From a virus, in the IMG/VR virus record IMGVR_UViG_3300042987_003051, positions 1 through 64,000 of that record: a stretch of DNA of 64,000 nucleotides. The stretch is one strand, 5' to 3'. This document shows, piece by piece, positions 54,596-64,000 of this stretch. The first letter of the stretch is position 1; every line of letters begins with the position of its first letter. The notes below the pieces were generated by a model. That model had not been told where the DNA came from. It saw nothing but the letters and a program-made list of their open reading frames with translations, and ran no database searches. Both the position numbers and the translations under genes were made by a program.

Positions 54596-55915
54596 ATGTC
54601 AGCAAACTTTGCCGCACAGGCAGGCGAAGCCCAGATAAAACTATTTGAATTTGAATCAAACTACAATAAACCAGTAGATGTTTCTGGTGGTATTTTAGAG
54701 TTGAATTATTATGAAAGTATTCTTGATAACTCAATCAGAGCAACTGCTACTTTTGCCGATACTGGATACAGAAATGGAGAAGGTTCTGCCATTGTTGAGG
54801 AAGGTGATTTAAATTTAACAGTGGGTGAAAAGGTAAATCTAAAGGTTAATGATGGTAATCAGTTTGAGCTAAATTTTACTGGAGCAAAACAATTAAGAAT
54901 TAAAGAAACAAGAAATATAGATGAGAGTACTAATAAAATTATATTCACTGTAGATTTATTTTCTAAAGAGTCTATCAATAATGAGTTAGAACAATGTAGA
55001 GTTAAGCAAAGATTTGATGGAAAAATATCAGATTCAGTGGAGAAAATTTTAAAAGAAATTTTAAAAACAGAAAAAGAACTTGATATTGATACTACTCTTA
55101 ATCAATTAAGTTTTATTGGAAACGTTGAGAAACCTTTTTATAAATGCACTTGGTTGGGTCCAAGATCAGTTCCTGATGTACAAAATGCTAAAGGAAATTT
55201 ATCTGGATATTTTTTTTATGAAACTTATGAAGGATTTAAGTTTAAGTCAATTGATAAACTGTTTGAACAAAATCCAAAAAGAAAATTAATTTTTAATAAT
55301 ATTATTGGAGAAATTCCTCCTGGATATGATGGAAAAATTTTAGATTATTCTTTTGATAGTACTATTGATTTAAAAACTTCCCTTCTTACAGGATCACTTT
55401 TTAACTCAAAACTTAAGGGTGTTAATGCTTTTGAAAGTTCTTATCGTGAAAATCAGTTTGATCATAAAAACCAAGGACTTACTAATAATATAGGTGGGAT
55501 TGATTTCCCATTAGTTGCATCAGATTTAAAAATACAAGAACAGGTTACTAGAATATTATATAAGTGGGATGATCCAGGATTTCTTGTTGAAGGTAAAGAT
55601 TTGATATCACAACTTCTTAAATCTACCTATACTAATTATAACAATGATGAAATACTAAGGCAATCATATGTGAGATATAATAATTTGTTTAATATAAAAT
55701 TATCAATTGCAATATCAGGCGATATGAGTTTGAGGGCTGGAGATCTTCTTCATTGTGATTTTCCCGAAGTCACTTCGAATACAACAAAATCTTATAGTAA
55801 GAAGAAAAGTGGTATATATATGATATCAGATGTGTGTCATCGTATAACAAAAAATGGTTGTTATACTAGACTCAATTTAGTTAGAGATTCAATTGGTAGA
55901 AAACCATCTAAGTAA
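54596..55915 (+). CDS. Baseplate hub protein (gp27-like)
   Basis: YYESIL, YFFYET..GF.FKSID, SGIYMIS..CH, RDS. Confidence 0.68.
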   Translation: MSANFAAQAGEAQIKLFEFESNYNKPVDVSGGILELNYYESILDNSIRATATFADTGYRNGEGSAIVEEGDLNLTVGEKVNLKVNDGNQFELNFTGAKQLRIKETRNIDESTNKIIFTVDLFSKESINNELEQCRVKQRFDGKISDSVEKILKEILKTEKELDIDTTLNQLSFIGNVEKPFYKCTWLGPRSVPDVQNAKGNLSGYFFYETYEGFKFKSIDKLFEQNPKRKLIFNNIIGEIPPGYDGKILDYSFDSTIDLKTSLLTGSLFNSKLKGVNAFESSYRENQFDHKNQGLTNNIGGIDFPLVASDLKIQEQVTRILYKWDDPGFLVEGKDLISQLLKSTYTNYNNDEILRQSYVRYNNLFNIKLSIAISGDMSLRAGDLLHCDFPEVTSNTTKSYSKKKSGIYMISDVCHRITKNGCYTRLNLVRDSIGRKPSK

Positions 55916-55916
55916 A

Positions 55917-56132
55917 ATGGAAAAATCACTTCAACAACATATCAACGATGATCGTGATGAACTAGATAACCCTAATACTAGTGGTCAACGTCGTCGTCAT
56001 TTGGAAGGTGAACTTGATGCATTAGAGGCATATCAAGCAAATCATCCTGATGATGATCATGATCCAACTTCATTAGAACTTTATTGTGATACTCATCCAG
56101 ATGCTCTTGAATGTAGAGTTTATGAAGAATAA
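55917..56132 (+). CDS. cp12: CP12 Calvin cycle inhibitor
   Basis: LELYCDTHPDALECRVYE. Confidence 0.88.
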   Translation: MEKSLQQHINDDRDELDNPNTSGQRRRHLEGELDALEAYQANHPDDDHDPTSLELYCDTHPDALECRVYEE

Positions 56133-56680
56133 TGAACGCTTACTCGGGAAACTTTGATTTGAATAGTGTTACATCTCTTCCTGTTTGGTTTGGGAGAGTT
56201 GTATCTAGTGTTTCATGGCAGGATAATATTGAAGCATCACACTTTGACCCATCACAAAAGAAGGGATGGGGATTTCGTTATCGCGTAAGGTATTTTGGAT
56301 TGCATTCTTCAAGCACTCAAGATTTGCCTGATGAACAATTGCCTATGGCAAATGTAATGTTGCCTGTAACTTCAGGATCTGGTCTTGGTGGATTTGTAGA
56401 AACTCCATCATTATCTTCTGGTTCAATTGTTGTTGGTTTTTTCCTTGATGGGATGGCGGGTCAGGAACCATATATTTTTGGGGTATTGGTCAATTCAAAT
56501 AATGAAGTTCCTAAAGAACAACCACAAGATCAAACTGGAGGGGCAAATCTTTTTAATGATACTTATGTTAGAGGAACTAGTCCTCAAACTGGGTCTTTTG
56601 TTCCTGACTTTCTCCAAACTCTTAGGGTACAGGATAGACCTTCATATGCTAGTACACAGTATAAAATAAATTCGCAATAA
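56132..56680 (+). CDS. gp5 N-terminal OB-fold protein
   Basis: RYRVR..G.H...LPMA...VVGFFLDG...QEP. Confidence 0.8.
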   Translation: MNAYSGNFDLNSVTSLPVWFGRVVSSVSWQDNIEASHFDPSQKKGWGFRYRVRYFGLHSSSTQDLPDEQLPMANVMLPVTSGSGLGGFVETPSLSSGSIVVGFFLDGMAGQEPYIFGVLVNSNNEVPKEQPQDQTGGANLFNDTYVRGTSPQTGSFVPDFLQTLRVQDRPSYASTQYKINSQ

Positions 56681-56681
56681 A

Positions 56682-58403
56682 ATGGTTTACAGAAAAACTT
56701 CAGACGGAATATATCAAGTATCAGATCGCAATGTAAATTTAGGTAGTTCTAAAGACACTAAATCTGCAGATCAAGCTCAACAAGATGCAAACAGACCTGA
56801 AGCAGTACAAAGTCCCTGTAAAAATGATGGAACAAAAGCAATACAATCTATAATTCAAAACCTTCAAAATGATATTAGTAATATACAAAGGTACACTAAT
56901 AGATTTTCAACTATAAATGGTGCTGTTAGTGTTTTTGTAAATGAAGATTCTGGAGTAGGAAAAGACATAAAAACTATTGTTGATTTTGCAACAACAGATA
57001 TTGGATCTAATATAAAAACTATGTTAGATCCTATGCGTGCATGGACTATTAATGAAATACAAAGGAAAGCAAAAGAGACGATGCCATTTCTTTTTCCTGG
57101 AGAAGTTCCTTCTTTTGTAGATAATCTTAGGAAAGGGACAAATTTAATTTCTTGTGCTTTTGGGAAAGTAATAGAGACTTTGTTTGGAACAATTGGAGAT
57201 TTGTTATTACAATTTATAGATCAATTTATTAATGGTCCTTTGTGTGCGATTCAGGATTTTATTTCTAATTTATTTGATAGTATTTTAGGTCCAATTGTTG
57301 ATAGTATTAATTCTGCACTTTCACTTATAACAGGAACTATTGGTGATATTGCATCAAAATTGTTTAATGCTCTTGATTTTGTTAATGATCTTATAAATTT
57401 CTTTAAATGTGAAACAAAACCAGAGTGTCCTTCCGTTGATTCTATAAATCTTGCTGGAACTGTATTTTCTACAGATGCTCTTAATTTACAATCATCTCCT
57501 CCTGAAAATTTTAAATATAATAGTTCCGGTATTGGAACTCTTCCAATACCCGGATGTCCAACAAATCCAATACCTTGCGGACCTCCTCAGGTTCAGTTTT
57601 TTGGTGGTGGTGGATTTGGTGCTGCTGCAAATCCAATTATAAGTTCTAATTCATCTTCGGTCATTGGATTTGATATTGTAAATCCAGGCACGGGATTCTT
57701 AGAAGCACCTAAAGCAACTCTTGTAGATTCTTGTGGGAATGGTTCGGGTTCTTCTCTTCAAGTTATAATGGAACCTGCAGGTATTGGGACCACTTCAATA
57801 ATAGGCATTGGAACTACTTCAACTTTAAAAGTCAAAAATATTGCAATTCTTGCTCCCGGAGATGGATACCTCTCAACCCTAGATGGGTCAATGGGAGGAA
57901 ATGGTAGGGTTTGGAAAGAAAAGGATGAATGTTATGTTGAAACAAGTGATGGAAAATATTATGTTGTTCCTGATAAAAATGCTGTACAATTGAATGATGG
58001 TGATACATTGATTTGTTCTCCCCCAGCATCAGAAGTTGATTCATATCAAGTTGTTACTGAAATAGAAGATATTCTTGTACTTGATTCTGGATTTGGATAT
58101 GAACCAGGAGATTCTCTTGAGGTTGTTCCGAGTAATGGATCTCAAATAGAACCTGTTATAAATGATAGGGGAGAAATTGAAAGAATTAATATAATAAATC
58201 CCGGAATTGGATTTACGGATATACCAGAAATTTTTGTAAAATCTAAAAATGGATATAATGTAAAATTAGTTCCAGTATTAAAATCAACAAGAATAAGTAA
58301 TCTAGATCCAACCATTGTTCCACCAGGAACGCAAATTATTTCTGTTGTTGATTGTGTTGGAAGAATATTACCTAAAACTACATTTAATAGAGTACCAAGA
58401 TGA
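56682..58403 (+). CDS. Baseplate/gp5-associated structural protein
   Basis: GGGGFGAAA, VNPGTG, SVVDCVG motifs typical of the cyanophage gp5 C-terminal part. Confidence 0.7.
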   Translation: MVYRKTSDGIYQVSDRNVNLGSSKDTKSADQAQQDANRPEAVQSPCKNDGTKAIQSIIQNLQNDISNIQRYTNRFSTINGAVSVFVNEDSGVGKDIKTIVDFATTDIGSNIKTMLDPMRAWTINEIQRKAKETMPFLFPGEVPSFVDNLRKGTNLISCAFGKVIETLFGTIGDLLLQFIDQFINGPLCAIQDFISNLFDSILGPIVDSINSALSLITGTIGDIASKLFNALDFVNDLINFFKCETKPECPSVDSINLAGTVFSTDALNLQSSPPENFKYNSSGIGTLPIPGCPTNPIPCGPPQVQFFGGGGFGAAANPIISSNSSSVIGFDIVNPGTGFLEAPKATLVDSCGNGSGSSLQVIMEPAGIGTTSIIGIGTTSTLKVKNIAILAPGDGYLSTLDGSMGGNGRVWKEKDECYVETSDGKYYVVPDKNAVQLNDGDTLICSPPASEVDSYQVVTEIEDILVLDSGFGYEPGDSLEVVPSNGSQIEPVINDRGEIERINIINPGIGFTDIPEIFVKSKNGYNVKLVPVLKSTRISNLDPTIVPPGTQIISVVDCVGRILPKTTFNRVPR

Positions 58404-58966
58404 AATCTAAAAATTACGAAGGAAAAACGATAGGAACAAAAGATGGGCAAATTCGGTTTGGTCACATTCATGCAGATCAAGTTAAATCATCATTTATGAT
58501 TCAGGGACAGGAGTCTCTCGAATATATTGCAATTGATCAGACAGAACCAAGGAAAAGATGGATAACCTCAAGATGTAGGGGACGTTACCAAGTTAAGTGT
58601 GGTGATGATATTCCAAAAGATCAAATCGGGATGTGGTTTAATGCAGATCGTAGTGATATTCTAATTCAAACTAAAGGTAGAATTAGAATGGAAGCGGAAA
58701 ATATTGATTTGATTGCTCGTGGACCTGATGATTCTAAAGGAGTAATAAATTTAATTTCCAATGAAAGTGTAAATATAAAAACAAAACGATTTACATCTGA
58801 TGCAAGTGAGTCAATTAGTTTATTTACAAATGGAGAGATGCTTCAAAGTGCAATAAATATTATGAAAATTTATGGTGGAAGTATTCAAAAAATGACTTCG
58901 ATGAGTTCAATTAAACCACCAGAGTTTCCGATAGTTTCAGATTTGCTAAAATTAGTAAAACAATAA
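58400..58966 (+). CDS. Hypothetical baseplate-region protein
   Basis: ORF track; synteny. Confidence 0.6.
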   Translation: MKSKNYEGKTIGTKDGQIRFGHIHADQVKSSFMIQGQESLEYIAIDQTEPRKRWITSRCRGRYQVKCGDDIPKDQIGMWFNADRSDILIQTKGRIRMEAENIDLIARGPDDSKGVINLISNESVNIKTKRFTSDASESISLFTNGEMLQSAINIMKIYGGSIQKMTSMSSIKPPEFPIVSDLLKLVKQ

Positions 58967-58969
58967 CAT

Positions 58970-59635
58970 ATGACAAGTTCTAGTGATTTTGAGTTGATTC
59001 ATGGTCAACTTCATGTAACAAATACGGCATCAAAGCCAGAACCATTAGGTAGAGGACCTGCGGCAATTCGTGGTGCTACTTATATGCAAGGGCCTACTCA
59101 AGTAGGTAATGATTCTGATTTTTCCAATGTAGATGCGACAATGATAATTGGAAAATTGAATAATGGCGATGTAAAAAGTTCTCCTCTATATTCTCTTTGG
59201 GTTAAATTATATTCAAGATTTCAAAATTTTGTTAGAATAGATACTTTATTAAAAGTAAAATTTATAGAAGCAAAAATAGTTAGAACAAAAATTCTTCAGG
59301 CATCTATTAAAAATTTTGTTATAGATCATCCAACAAAAGAGGGAAAAAAGTTAGTTCATACTTGTTTAGAAGGACCAGAAAATGGAGTGTACATTAGAGG
59401 AACTTTGCGTAATAAAGATATTATAGAATTGCCAGAATATTGGACTAATTTAATTGACGAATCGACTATAACAGTTTCTATTACTCCTGTAGGATCCCAT
59501 CAAGATATTATTGTGAAAGGAATATCGGATAATAAAGTGTATCTTCAAGCAAGACCGGGTATTCCTATAAATTGTTTTTATCACATTTTTGCAACAAGAA
59601 AAGATGTCCCAAAATTAATTACGGAGATTGATTGA
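58970..59635 (+). CDS. Virion protein with KNF..HP...LEGPE C-terminal domain
   Basis: Motif shared with the next ORF. Confidence 0.65.
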   Translation: MTSSSDFELIHGQLHVTNTASKPEPLGRGPAAIRGATYMQGPTQVGNDSDFSNVDATMIIGKLNNGDVKSSPLYSLWVKLYSRFQNFVRIDTLLKVKFIEAKIVRTKILQASIKNFVIDHPTKEGKKLVHTCLEGPENGVYIRGTLRNKDIIELPEYWTNLIDESTITVSITPVGSHQDIIVKGISDNKVYLQARPGIPINCFYHIFATRKDVPKLITEID

Positions 59636-59637
59636 TA

Positions 59638-60348
59638 ATGTCATTTACATTTAAGAGTTATGGAACTTTTGCTGGACCTGGATCTCCTTTTTCATTTAGG
59701 GATGATGATGATTTTGATGTAAGTGGATACACTGATGAAACTTTTAATTTAGATGACGTATCTCTTTGTCTTGTTAATACTGTAAATGATTATGTTTACA
59801 TGCACTTAGATGGAACAAGTACATCTAAGGTTACTTTGGAAAAAAACACTGGTCCAATTTCAATTTTTAATGTAAGATCTAATGTTTCTATTTTTAGTGG
59901 GGAAGTTTATTCAAATGCAGGTGGACATAGACTTTCTGCTAAGAAAAATTTTGATATACCGCACCCAAATAAATCAGGATGGAGATTAAGACATACTTGT
60001 GTAGAGGGTCCTGAGAATGCTGTATATTTTAGAGGAAGATTGAAAGATAATAATGTAATTAATCTTCCTGAATATTGGAGAGGTTTTGTTGATCCAGAAA
60101 GCATTACTGTAAATTTAACTCAAATCGGAAGTCCTCAAGATTTAATTGTTGAAAAAATTGAATGGGGTTCTAGAATTATAATTCGTTCAGGATCTGGTTC
60201 CAATATAGATTGCTACTACATAGTGTATGGTAATCGTATGGATGGTGAAAGTTTAATTCCAGAATATGAAGGAGAAACTCCAGCAGATTATCCGGGGAAT
60301 AATGATGAATATTCTATTGTTGGTTGGAATTATGATGTAAGGTACTAA
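59638..60348 (+). CDS. Virion protein, paralogue of the upstream gene
   Basis: KNFDIPHP...CVEGPE...LPEYW. Confidence 0.65.
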   Translation: MSFTFKSYGTFAGPGSPFSFRDDDDFDVSGYTDETFNLDDVSLCLVNTVNDYVYMHLDGTSTSKVTLEKNTGPISIFNVRSNVSIFSGEVYSNAGGHRLSAKKNFDIPHPNKSGWRLRHTCVEGPENAVYFRGRLKDNNVINLPEYWRGFVDPESITVNLTQIGSPQDLIVEKIEWGSRIIIRSGSGSNIDCYYIVYGNRMDGESLIPEYEGETPADYPGNNDEYSIVGWNYDVRY

Positions 60349-60363
60349 AATTAAAGGTAAAAA

Positions 60364-62904
60364 ATGACAACAACATTTTTATATGCTAAAAGATATTCTG
60401 TAGATAATACTCAAGAATATGTTGTTGGATTAGATACCAATGTAGATCCGCCAATAGAATATTCTATTCCTGATGTAATTGAAGATTTAGAGGTTGATAA
60501 TTTTAAAATTAACAAGGCTCTTTATGATGCATTTGCAACCACAGGTAAAGTCGGACAAGTACTTATCACAGATGCTACCAAAGTTTTTTGGAGTGATATT
60601 TCTGGAGTAGGAACTCCTTTACAAACAATTGGATTGTATGATGAAAATACATTTCAAGGACTAATTTCAAACTTAAATTTTTTTGATGGAACTGATCCTG
60701 ATAATTTAGTAAAAGCAAACATAAATGGAATCAATACTGCTTTTGGTGATATTTTCATCTCTGATAGATGGTCAAAAGTAATATCTTCAGGTGTAACAAA
60801 TATCTATAGAAACAGTAAAGTTGGAATTTTTAATGTAAATCCATCATATGATCTTGATGTTACTGGTACTTTAAGGGTAACTTCTTCAGTTGAATTTGAC
60901 TCGACGTTAAATGTTGATGGTAACGTAACTTTTACTAATACTACATCATCTACAACAAAAGACACTGGAGCACTTGTAGTAGATGGTGGAGTTGGTATTG
61001 AAGAAAACTTGAATGTAGGTGGAGTTGCAAAAGTTCTTTCTACAACATCATCTACAACAAAAGATACTGGAGCACTTGTAGTAGACGGTGGAGTTGGTAT
61101 TGAAGAAAACTTAAATGTTGGAAATAACGCTAAAATAACAGGTACACTAGAATTAGATTCATCTTTAATTGATATAAACAATAGCACGGCAACTGGAAAG
61201 TTTGATTATCGTCTTTCTTCTGTTGGAACCGGAGTATCTTGGAGACCTCCTGGTGTTCAGACGCAAAATGCCATTTGGGTAACCATGGATGGAAATGATT
61301 CTAATAGTGGTTATTTGGAAGGAGATGCAAAAAGAACCATTGGAGCAGCGGCAGCAATTGCAGAACCAGGAGATACAATTTTTGTTCGTTCCGGAGTTTA
61401 TTTTGAAAATAATCCAATTGGTTTAAGAACGGATGTTTCTGTTTCTGGACAAGACCTAAGACTTGTGACTATTATTCCAACTAATCCAATCAAAGATGTT
61501 TTTCATGTAAGAAGAGGATGTCTGGTTGAAAATGTAAGTTTTGCTGGAAACAGTGTTTCTATCGCACATACTGGTGCCGGTGCAGTGGCATTTCCACCAA
61601 CAACTGCGGATATAAATGCAGGAATATCTCATGCTGCAGTATCCGGATATTTAGATCCAGGCCCTGCAACAGAAGGCCCAACAGGAAGATGGAAGTCTCC
61701 TTATATAAGAAACTGCACTAATTTCATGACCAAAAGTATTGGTATGAAAATTAATGGTAATCATGCAACCGCATCATCTATTGGTGCAGATTTAAAATCA
61801 ATGGTTTGTGATTCATTCACTCAATATAATGAAAATGGTATTGGTGTTTCAATTACAAATAATGGATATGCTCAGTTAGTTTCTATTTTTACTATTAACT
61901 GTGATATTGGAATTTTCGTATCAAGTGGTGGATCTTGTGATCTTACAAACTCTAATTCTTCATTTGGGAATTATGGTCTTTATGCCGTTGGATTAGGTGC
62001 AACAGAATTTACCGGAATTGTTGGAACTTATCCTCCAACAAGAACTCAACCAGGTGTTGATGCTGGATCAGATGTTGTGACTTTTGAGAATATGAAAGAT
62101 GATTCTAATGGTGGTATTGGAACTGTTAGGAGACCTTATGATGGACAGGCACTATTCTTTAAAATTGATTTAAGTAAATATTCCGATACTGTAATCACGG
62201 GACTGTCAACCACAATTCTTCAGGAACCTATGGTTCAGATTGAATCCATCAAGATTACCAATGGAGGATCTGGATATAGTGCGGTTACTCCACCAACAGT
62301 ATTTGTTTATGATTTTAATGATAATTCTCAACAACCTAAAGGACCTCAGGGAATTATTGCAGAATTAAGTCCAACAATCGACGAAGTTAGTGGAGTAATA
62401 ACTGCAATTGATGTTGTAAATAGTGGAAGAAATTATTTACCAACTCAAGATTTAAGAGTTTTTATTGATGGTGGAGCGGCAACTGCAGAAGTTATTACGC
62501 AACCAATTTATTATACCGTTGATGTTGCTACACAACCCACATCAGTTACCGGAATTACTACCGTGACTTTTAATGAATTTATTCCTTATGAATTATTTGG
62601 TGGTGAAGAAGTTTCACTTAAGAGAATTAGTCGTATTCTTACAAGTTCACATTCGTTCGAGTATATTGGTACCGGTGTAGATATAAATACTTCGACACCA
62701 TTTAAGGGTGCCGTTCCCATTAAAGAAAATGAAATTGTTGCATTGGATGGGGCACAAATTCCATTTACAAGTACAGATCAAAAAGGAAATTTTGATATTG
62801 GTGAGGGATTTCAGATTAATCAACCAACGGCGACAATTAGAGGAAGAGATTTTAGTAAGGCAATACAGGCAGAAGTTACACCACTCATACTTGCACTGAG
62901 ATAA
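60364..62904 (+). CDS. Tail fibre / beta-helix virion protein
   Basis: Duplicated TGALVVDGGVGI repeat; GNDSNSG; SPYIRNCT. Confidence 0.72.
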   Translation: MTTTFLYAKRYSVDNTQEYVVGLDTNVDPPIEYSIPDVIEDLEVDNFKINKALYDAFATTGKVGQVLITDATKVFWSDISGVGTPLQTIGLYDENTFQGLISNLNFFDGTDPDNLVKANINGINTAFGDIFISDRWSKVISSGVTNIYRNSKVGIFNVNPSYDLDVTGTLRVTSSVEFDSTLNVDGNVTFTNTTSSTTKDTGALVVDGGVGIEENLNVGGVAKVLSTTSSTTKDTGALVVDGGVGIEENLNVGNNAKITGTLELDSSLIDINNSTATGKFDYRLSSVGTGVSWRPPGVQTQNAIWVTMDGNDSNSGYLEGDAKRTIGAAAAIAEPGDTIFVRSGVYFENNPIGLRTDVSVSGQDLRLVTIIPTNPIKDVFHVRRGCLVENVSFAGNSVSIAHTGAGAVAFPPTTADINAGISHAAVSGYLDPGPATEGPTGRWKSPYIRNCTNFMTKSIGMKINGNHATASSIGADLKSMVCDSFTQYNENGIGVSITNNGYAQLVSIFTINCDIGIFVSSGGSCDLTNSNSSFGNYGLYAVGLGATEFTGIVGTYPPTRTQPGVDAGSDVVTFENMKDDSNGGIGTVRRPYDGQALFFKIDLSKYSDTVITGLSTTILQEPMVQIESIKITNGGSGYSAVTPPTVFVYDFNDNSQQPKGPQGIIAELSPTIDEVSGVITAIDVVNSGRNYLPTQDLRVFIDGGAATAEVITQPIYYTVDVATQPTSVTGITTVTFNEFIPYELFGGEEVSLKRISRILTSSHSFEYIGTGVDINTSTPFKGAVPIKENEIVALDGAQIPFTSTDQKGNFDIGEGFQINQPTATIRGRDFSKAIQAEVTPLILALR

Positions 62905-62907
62905 GAT

Positions 62908-63576
62908 ATGGCAGTTGCACCACTTAATAAGTTTTTAACCATTGCAGTTCCGGTTGCTCCAGGAGAACAGACAGTTTATACGACACCTGTCGGAGTATCA
63001 GCAATTGTTCTTTATGCTCAGGTTGCAAATGTTGGAGTGAATACATACCCCACAATAACGTTTACTCATCGTAGAAAAAGTACATCTGCAAGAACCGCCG
63101 GAAATACAAGAAATATAAGAGTTATAAAACAGGCAGAAATTCCACCAAATGATTCTTTAATCATTATTGATGGTAGATTGGTTTTAGAAAGAACCGCAAT
63201 AATTACGGACTCTATCGTAATTGAAGGAACTCAAACTGGAATTGTTACTGTCACAAACTGTGTTTATGATAACACCACAGGAGTTACTACGGTTACAACA
63301 TCCACTGCTCATAATTTTGTTACCGGTGATGAGGTTACCATGAGTGGATTGGCATTTACTTGCAGTGGATCATTTGGATTAACGACATCAATTTTCCCAT
63401 CACCTCAACAATCTTTTACCGTTAATTCTATAATTGGAGATGTTGGAACGTCAAAAACTTTTGTGACTAATTCTGGAGTTGTTGTTGGAATTGCTCATAC
63501 CTATGTCAGTGGTGGATTGGTTGCTCCACTTCAAATGGAATTTATCTGTAGTATTCTAGAAAATAGTACCACATAA
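62908..63576 (+). CDS. Virion structural protein
   Basis: ORF track; TAHNF..GD.V motif. Confidence 0.62.
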   Translation: MAVAPLNKFLTIAVPVAPGEQTVYTTPVGVSAIVLYAQVANVGVNTYPTITFTHRRKSTSARTAGNTRNIRVIKQAEIPPNDSLIIIDGRLVLERTAIITDSIVIEGTQTGIVTVTNCVYDNTTGVTTVTTSTAHNFVTGDEVTMSGLAFTCSGSFGLTTSIFPSPQQSFTVNSIIGDVGTSKTFVTNSGVVVGIAHTYVSGGLVAPLQMEFICSILENSTT

Positions 63577-63578
63577 TT

Positions 63579-64000
63579 ATGGCAAAGTATTTATCAGGAC
63601 GTTCTAAAAGAACACCACAATCGGCACTATCCGATGAGAGGTATAGATATCTGTCAGTTGGTGATGCAGAACCTAATTTTGGAGACCCTATTTTTCCCGG
63701 TGATTTTCCTCCATTTGGACAACAATATCAAATTGTTTCTGTTGAAGGATATCCTGGAGAACGATATTGGGTTCCAATTGGTGGGGGAGTTATTCCAGGT
63801 TCAATTTCTGTTTTTGATGAGGGTAATCTTGTTGGTGGTTCAAATAGTACAACTGAGATAAATTTTGTTGGAGCGGCGATTACTGTAATTGGAATAAGTG
63901 GTCCTCCACCAGGGACTGGAGTGACTGTTACGGTATTTGCGCCCGGAAATAATTCTGAAATTTTATTTAATACTTTTAATGATTTTTCAACTTCACCAAA
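63579..64000 (+). CDS. Virion structural protein, 5' part (runs off the window)
   Basis: Manual translation MAKYLSGRSKRTPQSALSDERYRYL...; frame open to the end of the window. Confidence 0.65.
   Translation, partial: MAKYLSGRSKRTPQSALSDERYRYLSVGDAEPNFGDPIFPGDFPPFGQQYQIVSVEGYPGERYWVPIGGGVIPGSISVFDEGNLVGGSNSTTEINFVGAAITVIGISGPPPGTGVTVTVFAPGNNSEILFNTFNDFSTSP

Noticed and set aside
1-64000. Stop-codon reassignment suggested by the large tRNA set
   Set aside because: No suppressor tRNA was found, and conserved genes end normally at TAA, TGA or TAG under the standard code

Overview
This is a 64 kb segment of a T4-like cyanomyophage, probably a freshwater S-CRM01-like Synechococcus/Cyanobium phage (inferred from gene content). 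From left to right it contains: the 3' end of nrdB; about 31 tRNA genes covering all 20 amino acids, interspersed with HNH endonucleases and unexplained structured RNAs; a DUF2828-type (Ro60/TROVE-like plus vWA) gene with ten related small-RNA elements; dps; an 11-gene glycosylation cluster; a cyanobacterial porin, two hli genes and a peroxiredoxin; a C39 peptidase and GH24 lysozyme pair; psbA split by three group I introns with a downstream F-CphI-like endonuclease; petE, glutaredoxin, speD, a tandem glutamine riboswitch, thyX, phoH, gp33, gp59, gp32; and the baseplate/tail module with cp12. Three observations stand out. (1) A 37-codon leader peptide contains all 20 amino acids within its first 29 codons and sits in a mutually exclusive antiterminator/terminator directly upstream of the tRNA array, suggesting a general tRNA-depletion sensor. 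(2) The Ro60-like gene is associated with six free 'stem-CAGCAA' hairpin RNAs and four tRNA scaffolds whose anticodon arm is replaced by a circularly permuted copy of the same motif, suggesting a Y-RNA-like system. (3) A programmed -1 frameshift signal would fuse the peptidase to a lysozyme that has no start codon of its own. All family assignments come from motif recognition by eye; no database searches were run.
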